The notes below the pieces were generated by a model that was not told where the DNA came from, searched no databases, and worked only from the letters and a program-made list of their open reading frames with translations. Source: Podospora anserina (lineage: Eukaryota). From it: DNA of 64,000 nt. The stretch's first letter is position 1. Every line of letters begins with the position of its first letter. The stretch lies in NCBI GenBank assembly GCA_017654855.1, contig CM030333.1, positions 2,790,001 to 2,854,000 of the forward strand, given 5' to 3'. Positions 24,650 to 36,299 of the stretch are shown one piece after another. The translations under genes and the position numbers were made by a program.

Positions 24650-25061
24650 TTTGGTCGTCAATATGTGTCTCGCTGGGGTTTTATGTGGTCAGATAGAGCA
24701 ACACTGAAAATGGATTGCAGAATATGGAAAGCTCCAAAGCTCGAAGTTGGTTGTTATCGATATCTTTTTCGGCGCCACCAATTCGCAGCCAATTCATATG
24801 AAAGCACGGACGCACGGACGCACGCGCGCGTCCACGCGAGCTTGTCATTTTCTGCCGGAGTTTGGCCGGGGAAAAAGTTTGGGTGGGTCGCGCTGTTCTT
24901 GCGCCGCCCCACAGTCCAAGTTGTCGCGCCGCCTCAACTTTCAGCAGCGCATTCCACTGGAACTTTTGTTTGAGCTTGCTTCAACCCACCTCAACCACAT
25001 ACGTCCATCAACCATACACAGCACCCCATCTCTCCCCGTTTGCGCCAACTCGAAAATCAAG
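24650..25061. promoter_or_regulatory. Short bidirectional promoter between PRP9 and FAL1
   Basis: Head-to-head ATGs about 410 bp apart; GCACGGAC tandem and ACGCG-rich element at 24804..24839. Confidence 0.6.
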
Positions 25062-26376
25062 ATGGCTGAAGGTGGTATTGATCGCAAGGCCGATGAGAAG
25101 CTCACGTTCTCGACCTCGAAGGAGGTCACGGTCCACCCAACTTTCGAGTCCATGTCATTGAAGGGTAGGATCTCCAAGCTTGCGAGGCTATGTTGATCGT
25201 CAAGACTGACTACTGTTTCTTTACAGAGAGTCTCCTTCGTGGTATCTATGCCTACGGCTACGAGTCGCCGTCCGCCGTCCAGTCCAGAGCTATCGTTCAG
25301 ATTTGCAAAGGTCGCGATACCATTGCCCAAGCCCAATCCGGTACTGGTAAAACGGCAACTTTCTCCATTAGTATGCTCCAAGTCATCGATACCGCTGTGC
25401 GCGAGACCCAGGCTCTTGTCCTTTCACCAACCCGCGAACTTGCGACACAGATTCAGAGCGTTGTCATGGCGTTGGGTGATTACATGAACGTGCAGTGCCA
25501 TGCCTGCATTGGTGGAACAAACGTGGGCGAGGATATTCGCAAGCTCGACTACGGCCAGCACATCGTATCCGGCACCCCTGGCCGTGTTGCCGACATGATC
25601 AGACGTCGCCACTTGCGCACCCGCCATATCAAGATGTTGGTTCTGGATGAAGCCGACGAACTGCTCAACCAGGGTTTCCGGGAGCAGATCTACGATGTGT
25701 ACCGCTACCTGCCACCCGCCACTCAGGTTGTGGTTGTGTCCGCTACTCTTCCCCACGATGTCCTTACCATGACGACCAAGTTCATGACCGATCCCGTTCG
25801 TATTCTCGTCAAGCGTGACGAGTTGACGCTCGAAGGCCTCAAGCAATACTTCATTGCCGTCGAAAAGGAGGACTGGAAGTTTGACACCCTGTGCGATCTC
25901 TACGATACCCTTACCATCACTCAAGCCGTAATTTTCTGCAACACAAGGAGAAAGGTCGACTGGCTGACAGACAAGATGAGGGAGGCCAACTTCACTGTCA
26001 GCAGTATGCACGGTGACATGCCACAAAAGGAGCGTGACAGCATTATGCAGGATTTCAGACAGGGCAACAGCAGAGTGTTGATCTCGACCGATGTGTGGGC
26101 TCGTGGTATCGACGTTCAACAAGTCAGTCTGGTCATCAACTACGACCTTCCCAGCAATCGTGAGAACTACATCCACCGCATCGGTCGTTCGGGCAGATTC
26201 GGGCGTAAGGGTGTCGCTATCAACTTCGTGACGACGGAGGATGTGCGCATCCTCCGCGATATCGAGTGTGAGTATTTTCAATTCCCATTTGGGTCGCAGT
26301 CAGCTAACTGTGTCTAGTGTATTACTCCACTCAGATCGACGAAATGCCCATGAACGTGGCCGACCTCATTGCTTGA
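25062..26376 (+). CDS. FAL1: DEAD-box helicase eIF4A-III / Fal1, 3 exons
   Basis: [39 protein letters not shown] (eIF4AIII-type), [13 protein letters not shown], and last exon ...[17 protein letters not shown]. Confidence 0.96.
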
Positions 26377-26786
26377 TTATGGTCGAGGATGGGTCGGTTT
26401 TCCATGTACTTCTACTGTCAACAGTAGACCATTTCGGCAAGTCAGGGAAGGGCTGGCTTGCCCCGCGACACAGGGTCCGGTAAAAAAGGTTGGGAGGAAA
26501 GGGGCCTCAGAATATGAAGGTAACGTACCTTCCCTTTCGCCATTATTTTTTCCGACGGCATGGCTGACTCGGCCGGAATCCTAAGCTATGCGAGAATGCA
26601 AATTTACGTACCATTATACCACAGCGCTACCAATAGTGTCAAATTATTTACTCCGGAAAGGGGTGATGCACTGGGATATTGGATGTGTACCTGTCAAACC
26701 TCAGTGGTCACTCTTGTGAAAAGGGATGGCGGTCCATTATCAGGCCAATGTCAGCGATTACATTGTGCATCAAGAACTCTGTGCCC

Positions 26787-28094
26787 TCATTTCTCTGCTA
26801 TTGCTTGCGACCCCCCCTTCTCAGCCTCCACGATGTCCCTCCCCTGCAACTCTAAACTGTCACTATCCCTCTGACTCTGGTACATTGAAATCCACGTCTC
26901 CTTATCTTGATCGCCCACCCTCCGTGAAGGCTTCGACCCAATAGTAGGCGGATTCCTTCCCTTTTGCTCCGCGACTCTGCCAGCGTCATCAGGCCCAGCT
27001 TCATCCCCTGGCGTTTCCAAGCTGTCGCTATTGGACCCGGAAAAGAACCTCGGGAACAGCTTACTGACCAACGGCTTGAGCGTCATGCAGCACGCGCAGG
27101 CGATGGCGGCGTTGATCTCGATGCAGGTTAGGTAGGCGATGCTGACGTTGTCAAAGGTGAAGTCGGAGCGAGAGTATTGCTCGATCAAGTCCCATAGGCG
27201 GACTGCCGATATTGTGCAGACACTACATGCCCATTAGCCAAATCACAGTGTTGGGTAAAGGGGGAAGTGGCGTACAAGAAACCCAAAGCGAAAACACCGT
27301 ATAGCATGGCCTTTTGTTTTGGCTTCATTTGCAGGTTGGCGATTATGGGGAGGGGGAGGATGTATAAAAGGATATCGGTGCCGATGTGGAGGCCTGTGTT
27401 CCCTAGCCAGAAGGGGCGTGGGTGGCAGTAGGCGTTTGGGTAAGTTGCTTTGTCCCAAAAGGCGGGGAGGGGGAGGCAGGCGGTTAGAACGGTGGTGAGG
27501 GTCCAGAGGCCGTTGGTGAGGATGACGATGAGGAGGATCAGGTGGACGTAGTAGCGGGCGTGGTGGTAGGTTAGGAGGCGGAGGTAGAGGAGGAGGAGGG
27601 AGAGTTTGGTTAGGAGGAGGGTTAGGAGGTAGTAGAGGATTGTGTACCAGCCTGCCTGCAAGGGGGGGTGTTAGTGGGTGGAACTCTGGGGATAATAGGG
27701 GTAGTGGGAGTGGGTATGGGGTTGGGAGAGTGCTCACCCTTGCCATTGGGATGATGAGGTCGGGGTTGATATCTAGTGTGTGTTTTCCTAGGCCGTAAAC
27801 CGCTTCTGGATCTCGATTTGGTTAGCAATCAGTTAGCTGGGGTGTCGAAGGGGTATGCCTACGCTCAATCAGGCCTGCACATGTTGCTGCTGCAAAGACC
27901 AATGCCAGTAGTATAAGCCAGTCTTCTGCTCCGAGGATGTTGTGAAGTAAGATCCCTCGAGTGTAGAACCGCAGTCCTACAAATGTTGCTCCAATAACCC
28001 ATGTGATCACGGCACAGGCGATGATGTTGACCTGGTAGGACTCATCGGGGTTGGAGGTGAGATTTGGAAAGGTGACATCGCTGGGAGAAGACAT
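26787..28094 (-). CDS. PTH11-like (fungal rhodopsin-domain) integral membrane protein without CFEM, 4 exons
   Basis: FVGLRFYTR...EDWLIL.A; KLSLLLLYLRL; C.PL.AFWD; HIGTDILLYILPLP.I.NLQM..KQK; EINAAIACACCMTLKPL. Confidence 0.88.
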
Positions 28095-29139
28095 TCCTCA
28101 AGTCTGGTCTGGACTCTGTTTGTTGATGATCTCAAAACAGGTATGGTTGAACATTCTCTTCCTAGTATGGCGGGCTGTTTGTTCTTGGCTGAGAAATACT
28201 TGACATGATGAGTTCAGGTTGTGACGAGACACGGGGTTGGTTATGAGCAAGAAGATGGCTGAGCTCAGCTTTTGGTGGTAATCGCCTATGGCTTGTGTCA
28301 CGTATGTGTTGAATATGGAGATCAATGCTTGAGCACCATCCCGGTATTGGTTGTTCCGTCGATCTCAGGGTGTGGTTGATCCCGCTGAGCTGGTGGAATG
28401 CGGGGCCAGCCGCGTCCGTTGCGAAGGGGGAAAGAGCGACCACTCGGCCACGCCTGCCCGTCATAAGCAACAAGTTCGCTCCTGCTTTCATCAAAAACAG
28501 TCACATTGTACTATGGTTGGTCAAGTGATCAGCGGTCTTCTTCAACACGAAACCATCACTTGGTGGGTAATACTGCGGGTTCAACTCCCAAGGTGGGCGC
28601 TCTCTCTTTTACAACAAAAGATTTTCTGGCGGCGTAGTCCCCTATGTTCTCAGAGTAACGAGGCCACGCTGAGGGTTGTGGCTCTGGGGGAAATGATCAA
28701 TCTCGTGACTTCTTTTTGCAGCTTTTCTCCTCATCTTTTCGAGTTATTTCAGCTAACTGTGGTTTCCATGTCCTTTCACTCAAGTTGGTTGCCGGCCAAG
28801 TACTTCTCCAGCTTCAAGCGTGATATGGCCGACTTTCGACACCAATGCGACCTTACCTCCGTATCCCAATTTTGATCAGCAATCAGATGCAACGAGTCTA
28901 GCACCCTGTAGTCTATCTCTTTTGAGGCGGGAAAACAAGAAGCCTTTACCGCATGAAAGTCGTGATAGCCGTGCGTGTTTGGCATTGAGAATCCCAGCGA
29001 TGATCCGGCTCGACAAAGCATCCGATGACATGCGTGCCAGCCCGGCTTAGGGGCCAGCATCACAGATAACATCGAGTATCCTCACATAAATCGATATTCT
29101 GCAGAAAGTAACTTATGCATAATATAAACGGCCCTCGTC

Positions 29140-29855
29140 CTACCGATCCATGTTCTTGGTCATCCACGGATGCTTGACAAGCTCACAGCCGGCATACGAT
29201 CCGCCGGGCTGATTTTCATCATGCATCCCAGGAAATCAAGGAATAGATTTATCTCATTCCGCCACAGTCCGCACCACCATTTTTCGTGCTCTAATGGTGG
29301 CACACCTGTCGATTTGACCCCCTTGATTCGTCCCTCTCCTTCGAATATGCTATTCACGGTCTCGGCATCTCCTTGAGCAAGCAGTTCTTTAGGAAAACAT
29401 CCAAAATGGTTTATAATTCTCGCTAGGTGGTCTTTGAGCTTATAATACCCGTCAGGTGGTATCTATTTAGAGAATAAGCGTTGGGTCGCTTCTGGGGTCG
29501 ACGGTGGTGTAGTATCCTACTACGGAACGGTTTAGGATCGGAGTGTATTTTGCCTCGGTTCGGTTTTGTGTTGGGGTTGGGTGGTCGATGGGGAATTCAG
29601 ACTTGATGAGGGATGTATCTTGGAATTTGATCATGATGTTGGGTTGTCTGATATCTAGTAGATTTTTGAGGATTAAAATTTGGTGTTCATCGATTGTTAA
29701 TCACTGAACTGAGGCTTACCGGTATAAATGACACTGCTTGCGTGGGCAAAATCAAGTACGAGTATGAGCTGGCCAGCGAACTTCCTCATCAAGGGGGTGG
29801 GAATGAGGTACTCGCGGAAGTAACTAGGGAAAGTGGCCCAAACACGAGGCATATC
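29140..29855 (-). pseudogene. Decayed SRPK-like (Sky1/Dsk1-related) Ser/Thr kinase
   Basis: Minus-strand fragments ICLVFGPL, IPTPLMRKFAGQLILVLDFAHASSVIYT|intron|DIRQPNIMIKF, RLFSK*IPPDGYYKLKDHLARIINHFGCFPKELL and FLDFLGCMMKISPADR, then a frameshift to ELVKHPW. The DxG/APE segment is missing and HTD reads YTD. Confidence 0.8.
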
Positions 29856-31279
29856 CTCAGAGTCCTACGCGGCTATTATCTTGGCAGTTGGCTCAAGTCC
29901 GCGCTTATCTTGACCAATGTGGTAAGATACCAAGGCGAAGATGATATCATCGTCACTGATAAAGAATTTGAGGTTTCTTCGCCGTCAGAATTTGGCAAAA
30001 ACAAAGCCCAAGCCTCTGCACAGCTCAGTCCTCGGCTTGAAGCTGCAGCCTGCTTGGTCAAAGATGACAGATGGTAGCTTTCATTCTTTCCCCATCAGCA
30101 CAACGCTGGTAGGAGCCCAATCATATGATAAGGTGGCAGCTGGCTGTTGATATCCTCGTTCAAAAGGCATGTCACGTACCACAACAGGATAAACATTTCT
30201 CTTCAAGTCACATTGGAACAATGTTCCACCGCTGACAGAACACAGAATCGTGGCGATCGAATGATGGATCAGCGGTGAACTGCAAATTAGGAAGGTGGGA
30301 TGTGAGGAAGAGGAAAGCCGCAGGTCAAACTAACTGATCTCAGCACGCTATACCGCACACTTCACCGGCTCGACCCCATTCACTCGGCCAAATAATCGGT
30401 GCTCCGACTTCCACATGTCCGGACAATAGATCTCTCCTTAGGTAGACCCTTTGAGGAGTCTGAGTCGCCCGTCGTCCCCTGCTGACCATCCGGGAATGAC
30501 TTCCCCGCAAAGCTTATTTGCGTAGACTCTGCCCCGCTCCCCTCCGCCCTGTTGATCCATGGGCTCGTATGGTTGACCATGGCTGATGGCTCACATCCGT
30601 TTGAAGACACCAAAGTAGACAACGGGACCATGGAGGTGAAAGCTCAGAATAGCAATGGGCTCGCGCCTTCCGCCGACATCTGAGACAGCATCTTCGCCCA
30701 TTGGCTCAAGAGACGGGAGCCGGCAGTCAACTGTCTTGTCGAACTTGGCATCGTCAATCAAGCATATGCCAAGGCGCCTGGCAAGCCACAATGGCGTGCT
30801 TGGCAGGTTCAAACTTCTTTTGGCAGCCAAGCCAATTCTACATGACGTCCTGTCATCAACACTTCAACAGCATTCGCGCCGCCGTCAAAAGTCCGGCGCC
30901 GTTGATCCTCCACGCCCTACATGCAGCCTTCTCGCCGGATTTTGTGGGCTCCCCACATTTGACCCCTCCTCATGGTCACACTCGACCCGCCCACCCATTG
31001 TGCGGTCGGCAAGTAAGGGGGGAGGGGGGAGGGGGGGAGGCATTCATGGTTTTCGAGAATTGTGATTTCATCAGGCACCGCGTGAGCGGCAACACGCTTA
31101 CTCTAATCATGTCTGACCTACCGCCCTACAAAAGAATGCAGGTCTCTTCCCCGGTCCCCTGAGTTCCAGATAAGACGGACACCGGTCGGTCTCAGTCCGA
31201 TAGTCCTGTCTTTTTCCCTTCCCCCACATATTTCTCTCTTCGCTTCCCTAACCGCACTTGACGGGAATAAACCACATCC

Positions 31280-32958
31280 ATGGAGTCAACGCATCAGCCA
31301 GCTGATCCCATCGCCAAGGGAATTCTTCCTACAGCAAAGCAAGGCGTACGGGATTTATTCAACTTCAAGCAACGAATCGTCGTCACAGATCACCTTGGTC
31401 ATACAAGGACAGAATGGGCGCGTCCGATCCCTCTCAAGAACCCCATCAGCCTGTTAGCCCAGTTATCAGCGCGCGATTGGCTCTTCTTCATCGTCGGCTT
31501 CGCAGCCTGGACAGCAGATGCCTTTGACTTCCACGCTCTTTCGATTCAGCAAAAGAAGCTGGCTGATTACTATGGCACGACAAAGACCGAAATATCTACC
31601 GCCATCACGCTCACACTGCTGCTTCGATCAATAGGCGCGGCGATGTTCGGCCTCGCTGGTGACAAGTGGGGACGGAAATGGCCCATGGTGTTCAACATGA
31701 TTGTATTGGGTGTGTTGCAGATTGCCACAATCTACAGCAGCACTTTCCAGCAGTTTTTGGCTGTCAGAGCCCTGTTTGGCTTGTTCATGGGCGGAGTGTA
31801 GGTTCTTCTCTCGTTGCCCAAAACTTTGACCATGTGCTGACCACCGTGTAATAGCTACGGCAATGCTATCGCCATGGCCCTAGAGAACAGCCCAGTCGAC
31901 GCCCGCGGCCTCATGTCTGGAATCCTCCAGCAAGGATACTCGCTCGGATATGTGTGCGCTGCTTGTGCCAATCTGGGTGTTGGTGGCGCGACGGAGAGCT
32001 GGAAGACAGTCTTTTGGATTGCCGCCGCTATTTCTATCTTTGTTGGCCTCGTGCGTTGTCTCTTCCCCGAGTCTAGGCAGTTCATCGAAGCTCGCGCTGC
32101 TGGCAAGGCGCAGGCAAACCCCTCTGCGTTCTGGAAGGAAACGCGGGTGATGCTTGCGCAAGAGTGGAAGATGTGCGTTTATTGCATTATTCTGATGACG
32201 TGGTTCAACTGTAAGCTTTATTTCCCAAGTCGTTGGCTGGGTTGGTACTGACACATGCCCTGATAGACTACAGCCACACCTCCCAAGACAGCTACACGAC
32301 ATTTATGCTGACGCAGAAGGAGCTCGAGAACGCTGGAGCCAGTCGGGCAAGTATCATCATGAAGGCCGGCGCTTGCGTGGGAGGGACCATCATCGGGTAC
32401 ATCTCCCAGTGGTTCGGCCGCCGCAGAACAATCATCGTCGCGTCGCTCATCAGCATGGCGCTCATCCCTGCGTGGATTCTCCCCACAGATGAAGGCGGTC
32501 TTTCAGCAAGCGGCTTCTTCATGCAATTCTTTGTCCAGGGTGCCTGGGGCGTGATTCCCATCCATTTGAATGAGCTCTCGCCACCTGCCTTCCGCTCATC
32601 CTTCCCAGGTATCACCTACCAGCTCGGCAATATGATCTCCTCCCCATCAGCGCAGATCGTCAATGCTATAGCCGAGAGCACGTTTGTTGTGAGTGCTTCT
32701 GGGAAGATGGTGGAGGCGTATGGTCCCGTGATGGGCATCGCGACGGCGATTATCGCTTTTGGGATCGCGACGTGGGTTGCGGTTGGGCCGGAGAAGCGCG
32801 GGAGGGAGTTCGAGAAGGTGTTGCCGGCGGGGATGAATATTATGCAAGAGGGGACAAGGGCGGATGATCTTGAGTCTGGGTCGGCGAGTAATGATGAGGG
32901 GAAGGGGGGGACTAGTGAGTTGGAGACGGTGCCGACTAAGGGGTTGAGTGAGAAGTAA
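31280..32958 (+). CDS. JEN1: Jen1-like MFS carboxylate/H+ symporter (SHS family), 3 exons
   Basis: AWTADAFDFH, TLTLLLRSIGAAMFG..GDKWGRKWP, ARGLMSGILQQGYSLGY, N|YYSHTSQDSYTT, QGAWGVIPIHLNELSPP, YQLGNMISS. Confidence 0.9.
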
Positions 32959-33628
32959 GGGGGTTGGTTTGAGATTGGGAGGCTGATCTATTGGTTGGAA
33001 ACATAACTTTTGTGTGATTGGCGGGTCGGGGACAGGGGGTTTCTTGTTTGGATGTTGGATTGACTGGTTTGGGTTGTGAAGTTTTTCTCTGGGAAGGAAG
33101 TTGGGGAGTAGACAAGTCGTCTACCTTACAGTAGCAGGGCGTCAGTTACATCCGTCTTTCCTGTATCAAGGCCTGATCGCACCCTTGATAATAGGCCCTT
33201 TTCTCAATGGAATTTTTTGGCTTGGAAATGCACCACTTTTGGCCGAGGCTTTGCTGTGGAGCCCACTCACTTGAAGCTATTCCCAGTTTTTGCAACATTT
33301 ACCACACAGCCAATACTGAGTGCAATGAGGCGAAGATAGTATCAAAATATTCGCAATTACTAGGCTTAATAAATGGCTAATTTTGGTATTTTGCTTTCAA
33401 TGTTGAACCCACCCAACTTTGGTCCTTTGGCCAAAATAAAGAGGTACGATCAGACCCTGCAGTCTCTATTATTTGGTAGAGCGTGCAGACCATGGGCACG
33501 TGCACCTCCAGTACTTATTCTCCCGATCAACTGAATATTGGCCCCTTACTTGTCTTGCACTTAACATTCATTCCAACGTCATGGAACTTTTTCCGGACCA
33601 ATCTTTTCATACCCATCCTTCCACTACC

Positions 33629-35291
33629 ATGGTGACAACCCAGTCGCAAACGCGCAAAGAGGTCGAGGCGACAGCGCAGCCTCGAACGCGCAAAAGGTAG
33701 TGAAATGCAAGTTCGACGATAGCAGCCTCGCTGACAAACCATCCTCCATACCACTGAACACGCTCCCAGTCGAAATATTGCGACTTGTTTTTGAGTCCGG
33801 ACCACTCTCCTTCGACGATTACAAAATGGTCTCACTGGTTTGCAAGCTCTTTCATACAATTCTGAGGTCATACATTTTTCGCACATTGGTCCTGGGCGTC
33901 GACGAAGAAAAACCCGGCCGCGAATGGATGGTTGATCTTGCAGGAAAGAACAAACAACTATCTCGAGGTATTACGTAAGTCTGCCATAAAACTCTGAAAA
34001 GTGCCTTCAGAACCTCACAGGCAAGTAGTCGGAGCATTGTTGTATAGCACGTGGAGCGATTATCGTATTTGGCGTGTCAAGTATCACCCTCCAAAACAGA
34101 AAGGGGAAAAAGATTGGAAGCCCCGTCTTGATGCTCCACCTGCTGTCGATCCTTGGCTGGCAATGCGTGTACTGAGCGACATGCCTGAACTTTCGACACT
34201 CAGGGTGGACGGTTATATGTCGAATCCCGCGTGGGCATACACCTTCGGCTCACGGCCCATCGTTCCTTTTCCTGGCTTGAGTCGCCACTTGCCAACGATG
34301 CCATCAGTCCAGACCTTGTCAGTCTCTCAAAACTCGGACACTGCTGAATTCAGCAGCGAGCTGCTGAGGCTCGTTCGATCTTGCCAGAACCTCACCACGT
34401 TACGCATCGACTGCCAATCATATTTGGAAGAAATGAAGTAGGTACCGTTTTGGCCAGTTATAGGCTCGTTCTTGAAAGAGGCTTCGGCGTTGGATAGCTT
34501 CGAGGCTCTTGAATTGTCCCGGTTTGGATTCTTCCAATGTAGTAAGCTGCATGTGAAGAGATGCAGGAGCGGCTGGAGCCCTAGCGACATCAAAAGGTAA
34601 GGCCTAACATATGGTCTTTCAAGTGTGGAACGACCAAACCAAGGTTTCTTCTCTTTTTCCAGCAAAGAACTCCTGGAATCGGGAAGACAGGTATGTGTTC
34701 AATTGTGAAAAGTGCGGCGACACTAACACACAGGCCCTTATCATCTATTCATTCCCTCTTTTCCGACATCTCAAAACTATCGATTTATGGCAACCTGGAT
34801 GTGAAGTGGACATGGCATGGGCCAGGGGAGACACCCGAACATATGGTGTGGGAGGAACCTGAAGAGGGCCAAGTCCAACATATCGAGCAAAGAGCATGCA
34901 CAGTCCAGGACTTCATTCCGGTGCTCAAGGAATTCAAGAACCTCAAGCAGCTGGTCATCACCGACGAGCAGCTGGTCATCACCGACGAGCAGATGGCAAG
35001 ATCTGAAGTGATGGACCTGCCTAATGTTGAGAAAAGTATGTTTGAATTGCTGAAACATTTTCGCTGAACATCAGAAAGCTAACTCACTCGGGTTCTTGCA
35101 GGAGCGGCTAATGCTCATGAGGAAGTGACCCGGTTCTCCAAACTGGTGTTGAATATGCCAGAGGTGACGATCCGGGAGGCCAACAACCAAAGCTGGTGCG
35201 GAGCTTCCATAACAAGTGGTTTGACACATTGACTCTGGCGAGGGCGTGGCTGCAGGGCATGGAACTAGGGCCAAAATGGTGGTGGGCATAA
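33629..35291 (+). pseudogene. F-box/LRR-like gene with multiple disablements
   Basis: F-box-like LNTLPVEILRLVF...VSLVCKLFH and LRR-like LSTLRV, VQTLSV, LTTLRI, LKTIDL, LKQLVI. Four GT-AG introns are recognisable. Lesions: frameshift in the A-run at 33692-33695, in-frame TAG at 34439, frameshifts near 34840 and probably ~35180. Confidence 0.7.
34946..34992 (+). repeat. 21-bp tandem duplication AGCAGCTGGTCATCACCGACG x2
   Basis: Directly visible; gives QLVITDE QLVITDE inside the F-box/LRR relic. Confidence 0.9.
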
Positions 35292-35782
35292 AGGAATGGT
35301 CTTTGGCGGTTGTTGGGGGTGCCTTCGTAGAGACTTCGCAACCGCAATGCAAAATGAATCCGAGGTTGCCACTCAGGATAGGACTCTTCGAAGGAGTGTT
35401 GATGGGTCTTTATACATAGTTGACAGGCATTTAGAGTAACTAGTAACTATGCCTTGAGTATTAGAACAAGATAGCGATAATTTAATCCTAGTGTTTCATC
35501 ACAAGTCTCTATTCTCTGCTCACATGATAGCTCCCCATCTCCAACGTTTTCTACAGGATAAAGCCGACAAAGACTGAATAGAGACCATTTATGTATTTCA
35601 CACCACAACACTGAGCCATAACTTCAATGCCCTCTTGCTATCGCCTTTGCTCTGACAAAACCCCAAATAAATGCTTAGGGCCCACGGCTGGGTATAGGTC
35701 ACAGGTAAAAGATTGAATTGTCGGAGGAGGAAGAAAAGAAAAGAAAAAATGAAATACACTGCCCACGACGTCCTCATATACC

Positions 35783-36126
35783 CAGGGCGGTCAACAAGTC
35801 AAGTCAAGTAAAGTCGAAGGCCGACTTGACTTGACTTGCCGCCCAGGTCCTTGACTTGACTTGAGGTCCTCACCGGCTTGATTTGACTTGCCGACTTGTA
35901 AGCCTTCTAGTAGTCTTTCCGGCCCCGATTTTTGGTAAAAATACAGGGGCCAACTTAATACATTTACCACTATAAACCTAGCTATTATTAATATGTATAA
36001 ATTTAAAAAAGACTTTTTCGGGCCTTGGCAAACCGGTACGTTAAGCCTACCCTGGATTTGATTTGACTTGCGCAAAAGTCCGGCCAGCTTGACTTGCCTT
36101 GGCAGCTTGACTTGTTGACCACCCTG
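35783..36126. mobile_element. Non-autonomous hAT-type DNA transposon (MITE), 344 bp
   Basis: TIRs CAGGGCGGTCAACAAGTCAAG and CTTGACTTGTTGACCACCCTG match at 20/21. Flanking 8-mers CATATACC (35775..35782) and TATATACC (36127..36134) match at 7/8. Many subterminal CAAGT/ACTTG repeats and an AT/TpA-rich core. Confidence 0.88.
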
Positions 36127-36299
36127 TATATACCTCCCAAACCCTCCGGACTTCCCCTGCAAAGCGTGCGAAATATCCACCAAAACTGTCCGAACCTCGT
36201 CGTATCTCCTTCAACCTCCTGCCTCCCAAGTCAATCGCAAGCCACGTCAACCGCCAAACAACCCTAACCCGGATATCATCCCATAACGATAAATTCCCA

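Noticed and set aside
25424..26281. 285-aa minus-strand ORF
   Set aside because: Antisense shadow of FAL1.
29694..30077. 127-aa plus-strand ORF
   Set aside because: Its 5' half is the reverse complement of the kinase pseudogene; no independent motif.
34439..34441. In-frame TAG in the F-box/LRR gene as a premature stop rescued by A-to-I editing
   Set aside because: Additional frameshifts cannot be repaired by editing, so a pseudogene is the simpler reading.
35791..36183. 130-aa ORF over the MITE as a transposase, or CAAGT repeats as a CRISPR-like array
   Set aside because: The ORF only translates pentamer repeats and has no DDE motif; there are no unique spacers and the DNA is eukaryotic.
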